A DNA stretch of 64,000 nt from an uncultured Thermoanaerobaculia bacterium (GCA_964597585.1 CAZQYU010000001.1:632-64631); one strand, 5' to 3'. Numbered from the stretch's first letter, positions 1-10,543 are shown. Translations and numbers: made by a program. The notes: generated by a model from the letters alone, not told the origin.

Positions 1-920
1 CGTTGGTAGGTCCGGATCGTGCCGTCCGGAAGGCGCAGCTCGACCCACGCGATCTCCTGGCGCCGCTCGTCCGATGCGAAATAGCGAATCCGGTTGTCCG
101 CTTCGATGTGCCACCAGTGGATCCCGCCGTGCCGGCCGGCGTCGAGGCTGCCCCCGCCGGTCTTGAGCAACATCGCGGAGTAGGACGGTGTGTTGGCCTT
201 GTCCTCGGAGAAGTGGGCGATGTTGACGAGCTTGTCGCCATGGTGCTTGGTCGGCCAGTGGCACTGCTCGCAGGTCTCGCGGGCGGGGCGCAGTGTCCGC
301 AGTGGCGTCATGATCGGCCGGTGGTAGGTGCCGAGGACGGTGTGCCAGACCTGGCGGAGACCGTCGAGCTTCGACTTCACAAACCACGAAGCGCCGGGGC
401 CGATGTGGCAGTCCACACAGGCAACCCGTGAGTGGGGCGACTCCTGGTAGGCCGTGTACTCAGGCTGCATCACGGTGTGGCAGGTCGTGCCACAAAATGA
501 CACTGTCTCCATCTCGTGGACGGCGTAGAACGAGCTCGAACCGAGGATCGTAGCATTGATCACGGTCAGCCCGATGATGATCCACATGACGCGCCGTAGG
601 GCCGGGTCGTTGAAGTCGAGCTTGGGAAAGGTCTCGATCTCCTCCGTCGTTGCACCAGAGGCGATCAGCTTGCGGCGACGTCGCCACATGCCGATCGGAA
701 TCAGCACCAAGCCGAGGACGAAGATCGCGGGCAGCACGAGATACGCGAAGATGCCGACGTAGGGGTTACGCAGTGCGCCGAAAGCCTGCATGGAGATGAA
801 CACGATCAGCATGAGCCCGGACAGCGTGGTCATCACGACCCCGGCAATGGTCAGGGCGTTGTTCGCGAAGTTGACGAGACGCGCGATTGCACCGCGCCGC
901 CAACTAAGGCTCTTCGTCAT
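1..920 (-). CDS. Membrane-anchored multihaem c-type cytochrome, NapC/NirT-like (partial; C-terminal part lies beyond the window start)
   Basis: Absent from the ORF track because no stop lies in the window. Reverse-strand translation starts at ATG 920..918, with GGAGGAGGAG about 5 nt upstream. It reads MTKSLSWRRGAIARLVNFANNALTIAGVVMTTLSGLMLIVFISM..., giving three hydrophobic helices. Haem-c motifs follow: FCGTTCH, ACVDCH and CEQCH. The frame stays open to nt 1. Confidence 0.8.
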   Translation of the reverse strand, partial: MTKSLSWRRGAIARLVNFANNALTIAGVVMTTLSGLMLIVFISMQAFGALRNPYVGIFAYLVLPAIFVLGLVLIPIGMWRRRRKLIASGATTEEIETFPKLDFNDPALRRVMWIIIGLTVINATILGSSSFYAVHEMETVSFCGTTCHTVMQPEYTAYQESPHSRVACVDCHIGPGASWFVKSKLDGLRQVWHTVLGTYHRPIMTPLRTLRPARETCEQCHWPTKHHGDKLVNIAHFSEDKANTPSYSAMLLKTGGGSLDAGRHGGIHWWHIEADNRIRYFASDERRQEIAWVELRLPDGTIRTYQ

Positions 921-962
921 CGGGTCTCCTCCTCCAGTGGACTGGCGAACAAACGGTCCAGG

Positions 963-2105
963 TCAGATCCCGTTGCGCTGGAACATGTCGCGCAGGGACA
1001 GCAGGACCTTGGCGAAGTTGCTTTCTTTCAGGAAGTCCTGGAGCTGGTCTCGAGCGATCCCGCCGTTCATCTTGTCCTCGACCTTGGAGATGATCTCGTA
1101 GAAGTCCGACAACGGCTTCAGTCCCAGCTTCGAGATGTTCTGCTCGTACCATGGGTGGACGCGGACGTGGTTCCAAATCGCCGTCGCGGGAGGGATGTCG
1201 CTCGTCCACAGTCCCTCTGCGACCGTCGTCACCTCTCGGTAGAGGGAGCGCAAGATCGCCTTGGTGTCGTTCTCCTCGAGCTGCGACTTCACAGATCGTT
1301 TGCTCTCCGGCTCGGGAGCCTCAGCCACGGCTGTCGCGGCGCGGCCACCAGGTCTGCTGGGAGCCTTCGGCGGGGCAGGGGAGGGCTTCGACGACTGGGG
1401 TACGAAGGCGGAGCGCGACGGCGGACGCGACTCCCTGCGGTCGGAAGTCTTGTTGCTCTCCGCCTCGGCCTCGGCGGCGTTCGTCTCCTCGCGGTCGCCG
1501 GCCTCGACTTCCGTCTCGGGCTCAGTCGGCTCACCGGACTCCTGCGCGGGCGACGGGCCTTGTGACACGTCGGACTGCGGAGTCGGGGCCTCGTCCCGGG
1601 CGGCTTCTTCTCTCGCCTCGTCGTTACTCGTTGCGCTCACTGCGGCCGCAGCCGCATCGTCCTGGACCTTGACCTGCTCGATGGCCTTGCGAAAGCGGCT
1701 GTGGAATGTCGTCAGGAATCCGAGCTCGGCCTCGCTGATCGGACGTGTCATCGCGAGCTTCTCGCGCATCACTTCGAGCTCGAGGAAGCGCGCATGGAGG
1801 AGCGCAGTGTTGGGGGCGAGGCGTCGAAGTGGGGGGACCAGGTCGGTGTTGTGCTCGAGGATCTCCAGGATGTCCGCAAAGCTGGCGAAGTCGATCAGCT
1901 GCTGGTATTCGCTCTCGTACCAGTCGATCGCCTTCTCCTTCTCCTTGCGCTCGATGAGACGATCCAGCACGCCCTGCGGAAGACCCGTGCGGTACCAGAG
2001 CTTGCCCTGGTTGAGCTCGAGCTCCTGACGAACCGTCGTGCGGAGGTCGTTGAGAATCTCGGTGACTACTCGGTAGGCGTCTAGGTTTTGCTGCAGCCAA
2101 TCCAT
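963..2105 (-). CDS. Hypothetical two-domain protein with a long acidic/Pro-rich disordered linker; N-terminal domain resembles a degenerate Swt1-like HEPN fold
   Basis: I take the ATG at 2105 (MDWLQQNLDAYRV...) rather than the track start at 2348, whose 81-aa extension is Arg/Ser-rich junk. GC3-rich frame. About aa 148-272 are low-complexity (E/A/P/S). The segment LELEVMREKLAMTRPISEAE sits where HEPN proteins carry RNxxAH. Confidence 0.6.
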   Translation of the reverse strand: MDWLQQNLDAYRVVTEILNDLRTTVRQELELNQGKLWYRTGLPQGVLDRLIERKEKEKAIDWYESEYQQLIDFASFADILEILEHNTDLVPPLRRLAPNTALLHARFLELEVMREKLAMTRPISEAELGFLTTFHSRFRKAIEQVKVQDDAAAAAVSATSNDEAREEAARDEAPTPQSDVSQGPSPAQESGEPTEPETEVEAGDREETNAAEAEAESNKTSDRRESRPPSRSAFVPQSSKPSPAPPKAPSRPGGRAATAVAEAPEPESKRSVKSQLEENDTKAILRSLYREVTTVAEGLWTSDIPPATAIWNHVRVHPWYEQNISKLGLKPLSDFYEIISKVEDKMNGGIARDQLQDFLKESNFAKVLLSLRDMFQRNGI

Positions 2106-2244
2106 GAACACTTCCCCTGGCTCGCGACGGCTGGATGTCGATCGGACTGCATGCCGGAACTCGAGGTTACCATGGTGGTGGAGGGAAGTGTAGCGTCGGC
2201 GCAGCGACCTGTTGGGATCGCTGCCACCCTCCACAGGAGGTGGG

Positions 2245-3288
2245 ATGGCGAGTGCCGGGCTGGATGCGACAACCGTGCTCCGTCGTGATCTTGTAGCGGA
2301 GCTTCCCTCGGGCAAGCTCGAGTGCCGCGCCTGCGCCCACCGTTGCAAGCTGGGCGAGGGTCGCCGGGGAGTCTGCCTGGTGCGGTCCCGCGAGGGCGAC
2401 TCCTTGCGAGTTCCGTGGGGCTATGTTGCCGGGCTGGCGGTCGATCCGATCGAGAAGAAGCCGTTCTTCCACGTTGTACCTGGAGGGCGGGCTCTGTCAT
2501 TCGGAATGCTCGGCTGTGATCTCCATTGCAGCTACTGCCAGAACTGGCTGACGTCGCAGAGCCTGCGCGATGAGCGGGCCGTGACCCGGGTGCACCCGGC
2601 GGACCCGAGCGAGCTCGTCGCGGCGGCGCTCGACCGCGGCTGTCGCGTGCTGGTCTCGACCTACAACGAACCGTTGATCACCGCGGAGTGGGCGGTCGAG
2701 ATCTTTCGTCATGCCCGCGCGGCCGGGCTCATCACGGGATTCGTCTCGAACGGGCACGCCACCGCGGAGGTACTGACCTACCTGCAGCCGGTGACCGACC
2801 TCTACAAGGTCGACCTGAAGAGTTTCAGGGAGAGTTCGTACAGGTCGCTGGGAGGCCGCCTCCAAGCGGTGCTCGAGTCGATCGCGGAGCTGCATCGCCT
2901 CGGCTTGTGGCTCGAGGTGGTGACATTGGTCGTCCCGGGCTTCAACGATGAGGACGAGGAGCTCGCGGACATTGCGGGGTTTCTCGCAGCGGTCTCTCCG
3001 GACATTCCGTGGCACGTGACCGCCTTCCACCCTGACTACAGGATGGCCGACCGCGACCGGACCTCTGCTGTGACTCTCGCCCGAGCTCGACGCATCGGTC
3101 ACGACAACGGGCTGCGATACGTCTACGCAGGGAACCTGCCCGGTGAGCTCCACGGAGGCGAGGACACGCACTGTCCGAGCTGCGACGCAACCCTCGTTCG
3201 GCGGCGTGGTTTCTCGGTCCTCGAGGACCGGATCGGGGGCACGGGACAGTGCCCCGAGTGTGGCACCGAGATTGCTGGACGCTGGTGA
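2245..3288 (+). CDS. amrS: AmmeMemoRadiSam-system-type radical SAM enzyme (PflA-like activase fold)
   Basis: ATG 2245 is preceded by AGGAGG (2235-2240). CDLHCSYCQNW is the CxxxCxxC radical SAM motif. An N-terminal Cys cluster is present (CRACAHRCKLGEGRRGVC). DPIEKKPFFH is a family signature. A C-terminal CxxC...CxxC zinc ribbon is present. Confidence 0.85.
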   Translation: MASAGLDATTVLRRDLVAELPSGKLECRACAHRCKLGEGRRGVCLVRSREGDSLRVPWGYVAGLAVDPIEKKPFFHVVPGGRALSFGMLGCDLHCSYCQNWLTSQSLRDERAVTRVHPADPSELVAAALDRGCRVLVSTYNEPLITAEWAVEIFRHARAAGLITGFVSNGHATAEVLTYLQPVTDLYKVDLKSFRESSYRSLGGRLQAVLESIAELHRLGLWLEVVTLVVPGFNDEDEELADIAGFLAAVSPDIPWHVTAFHPDYRMADRDRTSAVTLARARRIGHDNGLRYVYAGNLPGELHGGEDTHCPSCDATLVRRRGFSVLEDRIGGTGQCPECGTEIAGRW

Positions 3289-3731
3289 GAGAGGCCGTGG
3301 GCAGGGCCATTAGCCTGGAACAGATCGGTGAGCTGCTGCTCGGGGCACGAGCCATTGCTGTGGTCGGCTGCTCGCCCCGTCCCGAACGAGATTCGCATCG
3401 CGTTGCGGCCTACCTCAAAGGTCACGGATACCGCATCATTCCCGTCAATCCGGGTCATGATCGGCTCCTCGGTGAGCGCTGCTTTCCCTCCCTCGACTCC
3501 ATTCCGAGGGATGTGAAGATCGACATCGTCGACGTCTTCCGACGTCCGGAGTACGTCTCCGAGATCGTCGATGCTGCTCTCCTCCGGCGGCAGGTGCGGG
3601 CCCTGTGGCTGCAGCTCGGGTGCTCGAACCCCGCAGCTCAGGAGCGCGCGGCGGCGAACGGCATCATGGTCGTGGCGGAGCGCTGCATCATGGTGGACCA
3701 TGCACGACTGGTAGCAAAGCGATGGTACTGA
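3285..3731 (+). CDS. CoA-binding domain protein (YccU/YneT-like)
   Basis: IAVVGCSPRPERDSHRVAAYLKGHGYRIIPVNP is the typical CoA_binding_2 core. The GTG at 3285 overlaps the amrS stop (GTGA). The start is uncertain by about 12 nt. Confidence 0.75.
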   Translation: MREAVGRAISLEQIGELLLGARAIAVVGCSPRPERDSHRVAAYLKGHGYRIIPVNPGHDRLLGERCFPSLDSIPRDVKIDIVDVFRRPEYVSEIVDAALLRRQVRALWLQLGCSNPAAQERAAANGIMVVAERCIMVDHARLVAKRWY

Positions 3732-3784
3732 TTCCAAATGTCTTGGGACGCGTACAGATCTCAGGATGAGACATGTTCTCGAGC

Positions 3785-3813
3785 TTGCGATTTTCTTCAC
3801 ATGCGGATAGAGT
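3785..3813 (+). promoter_or_regulatory. Candidate sigma-70 promoter for the giant cytochrome gene
   Basis: TTGCGA (3785-3790), a 17-nt spacer, then TAGAGT (3808-3813). It lies in a locally AT-richer intergenic stretch. The GAGGAGG RBS and ATG 3838 follow. Confidence 0.35.
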
Positions 3814-3837
3814 TATGCATCGAGGAGGTCGGGGGGG

Positions 3838-6800
3838 ATGACTGGACGACTCACGTCTCAACTCACGGCAACCCGGCGGAGCCGGACCCGTGGGGGCCCG
3901 GTGGCGCTCGGCCTGCTGATTCTCGCGATGGCCGGGGTCGCCTTCGCCCAGGAGAATGCGGACTGTCTGACCTGTCACGACGACCCCGAGGCGACCGGGA
4001 CCAGGGTGGGCAAGGAGATCTCGACCTACGTCGACCCGGCGGCGTTTGCGCGGTCGGTCCACGGCGGCTTCGCGTGCATCGACTGCCACACCGACCTCGA
4101 TGGCGCCGAGCTTCCCCATGCCGAGGATCTTCAACCGGTGGACTGCGCCTCGTGTCACGACGACGTCGCGGCGGAGCAAGCCGAGGGTCCCCACGGCCGC
4201 TGGCCGAAGGTGCCGGGCTCCCCCTCGGCCGCGTGTGAACGCTGCCACGGTGTTCACGACGTCCTGCCACCGAAAGCGCCGGACTCGCCGGTCAACCGCG
4301 TACGAGTCGATTCTCTGTGCGGCACCTGCCACGTTCGCGAGTTGACAGCGGTCAAGACGAGCCCGCACGCTCCCGCCGCCGACGGGGCTCCGACCGCAAG
4401 TTGTGTCGACTGTCATCGTGGCCACTCCGTGACCGCACCGGCGGACCCGATCCGTCAGCTCGACACGTGCGGCCCCTGCCATGCTGAGCAGGCAAAGGGC
4501 CACAAACGCAGCCTTCACGGTCGCGCTGCGGTGAAGGGAGAACCGCTTGCGCCGAGCTGCGTGACCTGTCACGGCAACCACGCGATCCTGAGGCATACCA
4601 ACGAGAAGTCGCCGACCTACGTCACCAACATCCCACTCCTGTGCGGACGCTGCCACCGCGAGGGGACTGCGGTCACCAAGGAGTACAACATCCCACAGGA
4701 CCGCATCCTCGAGAACTTCTCGATGTCGGTCCACGGCCAGGGCCTGTACAAGATGGGCCTGACGGTCACCGCGGTCTGCACGTCGTGCCACACGTCGCAC
4801 GACATCCTCGACCACAACAACCCTGAATCCAGCATCAACCGGGCCAACGTCGCCAAGACCTGCATGAAGTGTCATGCCCGGATCGAACAGGTCCACGTGA
4901 AGGTGATCGAGGGCCGGCTGTGGGAGAAGGAGCCCCACAAGATCCCGTCCTGCGTCGAGTGCCATCAGCCGCACAAGATCCGCCGTCGGACCGTCGACAG
5001 CGTGGGGGGCGCGGCCAACCGGGACTGTATGCGTTGCCACGGCAAGCAGGACCTGACCATGGTCCGCGACGGTGAGACGATCTCTCTGTACGTCGACGCG
5101 GAGGCCTACGACCTCTCGATGCACGCCCGGGTGGCCTGCGCCCAGTGCCACAACGAGGTCACCGTCGGCCACCCGGAACGGGCCTGCATCACCATCAAAC
5201 ACAAGGTGGATTGCAGCATCTGCCACGCCGAGCAGGTGCAGGAGCAGGAGCTTTCCAAGCACGGGCGCCTCGCGGCCGAGGGCGACACGCAGGTTCCAAC
5301 CTGTCTGACATGCCACGACAAGCACGCGACCCAGAGCCACCTCCTGCCGACCGCCCCGACCTTCTCGCGCAACGTGCCGAAGCTGTGTGGACAGTGCCAC
5401 GCGGCGGGAGGCGTCGCCGCCGCGCGGATCACCGCCGACGTGCCCGACATCGTCGAGAGCTACCTCAAGTCGGCCCACGGCAAGGGTCTGATGGAGAGCG
5501 GCTTGGTCGTGTCCGCGAGCTGCATCGACTGCCACACCGCCCACAAGGCACTGCCGCCTGACGACCCCAACTCCTCGGTCAGCCGGGCCAATCTGGCCGA
5601 CACCTGCGGAGCCTGCCACAGGGGCATCGAGGAGCAGTTCAAGACCAGCATCCATTGGCCCGGGAACGTGGTCACCACGAAGAAGCTGCCGGTGTGCGAG
5701 GACTGCCATACCTCGCACTCGATTGGCCGGGTGGACACCTCGGACTTCCGCTTCGCCATGATGAACCAGTGCGGCAGGTGCCACGAGGACTATGCGAAGA
5801 CCTTCTTCGAGACTTACCACGGAAAGGTCACTCAGCTCGGCTCCCCCGGCGCCGCCAAGTGCTACGACTGCCACGGAACCCACAACATCCTGCCGGTCGA
5901 GGATCCCAACTCGACGCTGAGCCACCGCAACGTGGTCGACACCTGCGCCAAGTGCCACCCAGGCGCCCACCGGCAGTTCGCCGGCTACCTGACCCACGCC
6001 ACCCATCACGAGCCGGAGAAGTACCCCTTCCTGTTCTACTCGTTCTGGTTCATGACGCTGCTCCTGGTGGGAACGCTGACCTTCTTCCTGTTCCACACCT
6101 TCCTGTGGCTGTTCCGCCTGTGGCGGACCCGTGAGCAGTGGCGGGTCCACAAGAACGGCAAGGCGGAGCGGTACTACCTGAGGTTCACCAGCAAGCAGCG
6201 TGTGATGCACCTGGTGATGCTGCTCAGTTTCTTCACCCTCGCGCTGACCGGGATGACCCTCAAGTTCTCGTACATGCCGTGGGCGCACGGTCTGTCGAAG
6301 GTCCTCGGCGGCTTCGACACCATGGGGACCCTGCACCGGATCGGTGCGGTGACCCTGATCGCGCTCTTCCTTTTCCACATCCGCGACGTCTTCAAAGCCA
6401 AGGGGCGCTCCGGCAAGAGCTGGTTCAAGTTCATCTTCGGAACCAGCTCGCTGATGTTCAATCTCGACGACGTCAAGCAGTTCTGGAAGAGCACGAAGTG
6501 GTTCATCGGACGCGGTCCGCGTCCCGAGTACGGGCGCTTCACCTACTGGGAGAAGTTCGACTACTTTGCGGTGTTCTGGGGTGTGTTCGTGATCGGCTCG
6601 ACCGGGTTGCTGCTCTGGTTCCCGGAGTTCTTCACCCGCTTCCTACCGGGCTGGGCGATCAACGTCGCCACCATCATCCACAGCGACGAGGCGCTGCTCG
6701 CGGTCGGGTTCATCTTCACGATCCACTTCTTCAACACGCACTTCCGTCCCGACAAGTTCCCGATGGACCCGGTGATCTTCACCGGTCGCGTCTCGCTCGA

Positions 6801-6999
6801 AGAGCTCCGACACGACAAGCCCGCAGAGTACGAGGAGTTCGTCGAGCAGGCCTCCGAGGAGGAGCGGGCAAAGCGGGTCGTTGGTCCGGCTGCCCCCAAG
6901 ACCGAAAGGCTTTTCCGGATCTTCGGTTTCACGGCCCTTGGTATCGGGTTGACGCTGATCTTCCTGATCCTGTATGCGATGCTCTTTGGATACCGGTGA
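3838..6999 (+). CDS. Fusion protein: periplasmic 23-haem c-type cytochrome domain plus C-terminal FdnI/HydC/PhsC-like cytochrome b membrane domain
   Basis: Signal peptide ...LLILAMAGVAFA/QE. I counted 23 CxxCH motifs, from CLTCH at aa 43 to CAKCH at aa 703. About 6 hydrophobic helices follow, with conserved His residues (RVMHLVMLL, LHRIGAVTLIALFLFH, IIHSDEALLAVGFIFTIHFFNTH). It is a single uninterrupted 1053-aa ORF. Confidence 0.9.
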   Translation: MTGRLTSQLTATRRSRTRGGPVALGLLILAMAGVAFAQENADCLTCHDDPEATGTRVGKEISTYVDPAAFARSVHGGFACIDCHTDLDGAELPHAEDLQPVDCASCHDDVAAEQAEGPHGRWPKVPGSPSAACERCHGVHDVLPPKAPDSPVNRVRVDSLCGTCHVRELTAVKTSPHAPAADGAPTASCVDCHRGHSVTAPADPIRQLDTCGPCHAEQAKGHKRSLHGRAAVKGEPLAPSCVTCHGNHAILRHTNEKSPTYVTNIPLLCGRCHREGTAVTKEYNIPQDRILENFSMSVHGQGLYKMGLTVTAVCTSCHTSHDILDHNNPESSINRANVAKTCMKCHARIEQVHVKVIEGRLWEKEPHKIPSCVECHQPHKIRRRTVDSVGGAANRDCMRCHGKQDLTMVRDGETISLYVDAEAYDLSMHARVACAQCHNEVTVGHPERACITIKHKVDCSICHAEQVQEQELSKHGRLAAEGDTQVPTCLTCHDKHATQSHLLPTAPTFSRNVPKLCGQCHAAGGVAAARITADVPDIVESYLKSAHGKGLMESGLVVSASCIDCHTAHKALPPDDPNSSVSRANLADTCGACHRGIEEQFKTSIHWPGNVVTTKKLPVCEDCHTSHSIGRVDTSDFRFAMMNQCGRCHEDYAKTFFETYHGKVTQLGSPGAAKCYDCHGTHNILPVEDPNSTLSHRNVVDTCAKCHPGAHRQFAGYLTHATHHEPEKYPFLFYSFWFMTLLLVGTLTFFLFHTFLWLFRLWRTREQWRVHKNGKAERYYLRFTSKQRVMHLVMLLSFFTLALTGMTLKFSYMPWAHGLSKVLGGFDTMGTLHRIGAVTLIALFLFHIRDVFKAKGRSGKSWFKFIFGTSSLMFNLDDVKQFWKSTKWFIGRGPRPEYGRFTYWEKFDYFAVFWGVFVIGSTGLLLWFPEFFTRFLPGWAINVATIIHSDEALLAVGFIFTIHFFNTHFRPDKFPMDPVIFTGRVSLEELRHDKPAEYEEFVEQASEEERAKRVVGPAAPKTERLFRIFGFTALGIGLTLIFLILYAMLFGYR

Positions 7000-7028
7000 T
7001 CAGAGCACCGCAGCTCCCCGATCGCGGC

Positions 7029-7090
7029 GTGGCGGTCACGCGGCCCCGTGCCACGCGATCGCCCGACGGCCGAAGGTCGGAGAGTCGGCG
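7029..7090 (+). terminator. GC-rich imperfect hairpins downstream of the cytochrome gene (possible terminator, no U-tract)
   Basis: CGATCGCG(GC)GTGGC ... GCCACGCGATCG at 7029-7071, followed by CCGAC-N8-GTCGG at 7073-7090. Confidence 0.2.
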
Positions 7091-7192
7091 TCGCTCCGCT
7101 TAGATTGAGGATTCTCCGCGGTGGGGGTACCCTGACCGAAGCGCCCGCAGTCTCATGAGGCAATCGTTCACCGGGAGGGTTGGAAGGCGACC

Positions 7193-7852
7193 ATGACCAG
7201 GATTCTCGGTTTCTACGAGTCGACGCTGGGCAAGAAGTGGGTGATGGCCGCGACCGGCATCATCCTCTTCCTTTTCGTGGTGGTGCACATGCTCGGCAAC
7301 CTGCAGCTCTACCTCGGAGCGGAGCAGCTGAACCACTACGCCGAGCTCCTGCGCAAGAACATGGCGCTGCTGTGGACGGCGCGTTGCGTGCTGCTGTTCT
7401 GCGTCGCCGTGCACATCGTCGCGGCGGCCCAGGTGTGGCTCCGCAGCCGCGCAAGCCGACCGGTGAAGTACAGGGTCTTCCGTCCGCCTGCGGTGGACTA
7501 CGCGGCGCGGACCATGGCGTGGAGCGGACCGATCATCGCCGCGTTCGTGCTCTTCCACATCCTCGACCTGACGGTGGGTACCGTGCATCCCGGTTTCGTC
7601 CGTGGCGACGTCTACCACAACGTCGTCACGGGGTTCCAGAACCCCTGGGTGGCGGGCCTCTACATTCTCGCCAATGCGCTGCTCGCGATGCACCTCTACC
7701 ACGGCCTCTGGAGCCTCTTCCAGACCTTCGGCTGGGACCACCCGAAGCTCAACCCGTGGCGGCGTCGCGCCGCGGTCCTGTTCGCCGTGGCCATCGGGGC
7801 CGGCAACATCTCCATGCCGCTCGCCGTGCTCACCGGCGTCGTGCACCTGTGA
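7193..7852 (+). CDS. sdhC: Succinate dehydrogenase/fumarate reductase cytochrome b subunit (single b558-type anchor)
   Basis: 219 aa with five hydrophobic helices bearing His ([33 protein letters not shown]). It sits directly upstream of sdhA and sdhB. Confidence 0.85.
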   Translation: MTRILGFYESTLGKKWVMAATGIILFLFVVVHMLGNLQLYLGAEQLNHYAELLRKNMALLWTARCVLLFCVAVHIVAAAQVWLRSRASRPVKYRVFRPPAVDYAARTMAWSGPIIAAFVLFHILDLTVGTVHPGFVRGDVYHNVVTGFQNPWVAGLYILANALLAMHLYHGLWSLFQTFGWDHPKLNPWRRRAAVLFAVAIGAGNISMPLAVLTGVVHL

Positions 7853-7865
7853 GGAGGAACGGCCA

Positions 7866-9775
<1,910 letters not shown>

Positions 9776-9779
<4 letters not shown>

Positions 9780-10543
9780 AGCTGACGCTGCACATCTGGC
9801 GCCAGAGGGACCAAAACGACGCGGGCGGTTTCGCGACCTATCGGCTCGCCGACGTCAGCACCCACATGTCGTTCCTCGAGATGCTCGACGTCCTCAACCA
9901 GGAGCTGATCGAGAAGGGCGAGGAACCGGTCGCGTTCGAGCACGATTGCCGCGAGGGCATCTGCGGCTCGTGCGGTTTCGTCATCAACGGTCTCGCCCAC
10001 GGCGGTCAGCGCGGCAGCACGGTCTGTCAGCTGCACATGCGGCACTTCTCGGACGGTGACGAGCTGGTGCTCGAACCGTGGCGAGCCAAGGCGTTCCCGG
10101 TGCTCAAGGACCTGATCGTCGATCGTTCCGCATTCGACCGAATCATCCAGGCCGGGGGGTACGTGTCGGTTCAGACCGGTGCGCCGCCCGACGCCAACGC
10201 ACAGCCCATCGCCAAGGACACCGCCGATCTGGCCATGGACTTCGCGGAGTGCATCGGCTGCGGCGCCTGCGTGGCGTCGTGCCCGAACAGCGCGTCGATG
10301 CTGTTCGTGGGCGCCAAGATCGCGCACCTCGGGCTGCTCCCGCAGGGTCAGCCCGAGCGTGATGCGCGGGCGCGTGCGATGGTGACGGCGATGGAGGACG
10401 AGGCCTTCGGCGCCTGCTCCAACTACCGTTCCTGCGAGGCGGTCTGCCCGAAGGAGATCTCGATCTCCGCGATCGCGAGGATGAACAAAGACTTCCGGAA
10501 GGCGCAGCTTCGCCTCGCCGGCGCAAGCGGAAAGCGGAAGTAG
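9776..10543 (+). CDS. sdhB: Succinate dehydrogenase/fumarate reductase iron-sulfur subunit
   Basis: The ATG at 9776 overlaps the sdhA stop (ATGA). Cys clusters are [22 protein letters not shown] and CEAVCP. Confidence 0.95.

Noticed and set aside
3688-6378. 896-aa minus-strand ORF antisense to the giant cytochrome gene
   Set aside because: Its composition is Arg/Gly/Val/Ala-rich with no motifs. It lies exactly opposite a plus-strand frame carrying 23 CxxCH motifs and a signal peptide. This is a typical high-GC shadow ORF.
7602-7865. N-terminal extensions given by the ORF track, including sdhA from 7602 (the coordinates given here)
   Set aside because: The other affected genes are oppC from 32373, rapZ from 50777, rimO from 62967, hemY from 29120, the DGC gene from 25493, the hypothetical gene from 2348, glgC from 12037 and parB from 43171. 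The extensions overlap upstream genes and are Arg/Pro/Ser-rich. Internal starts with Shine-Dalgarno sequences or 4-nt stop-start overlaps give N-termini that match the families.
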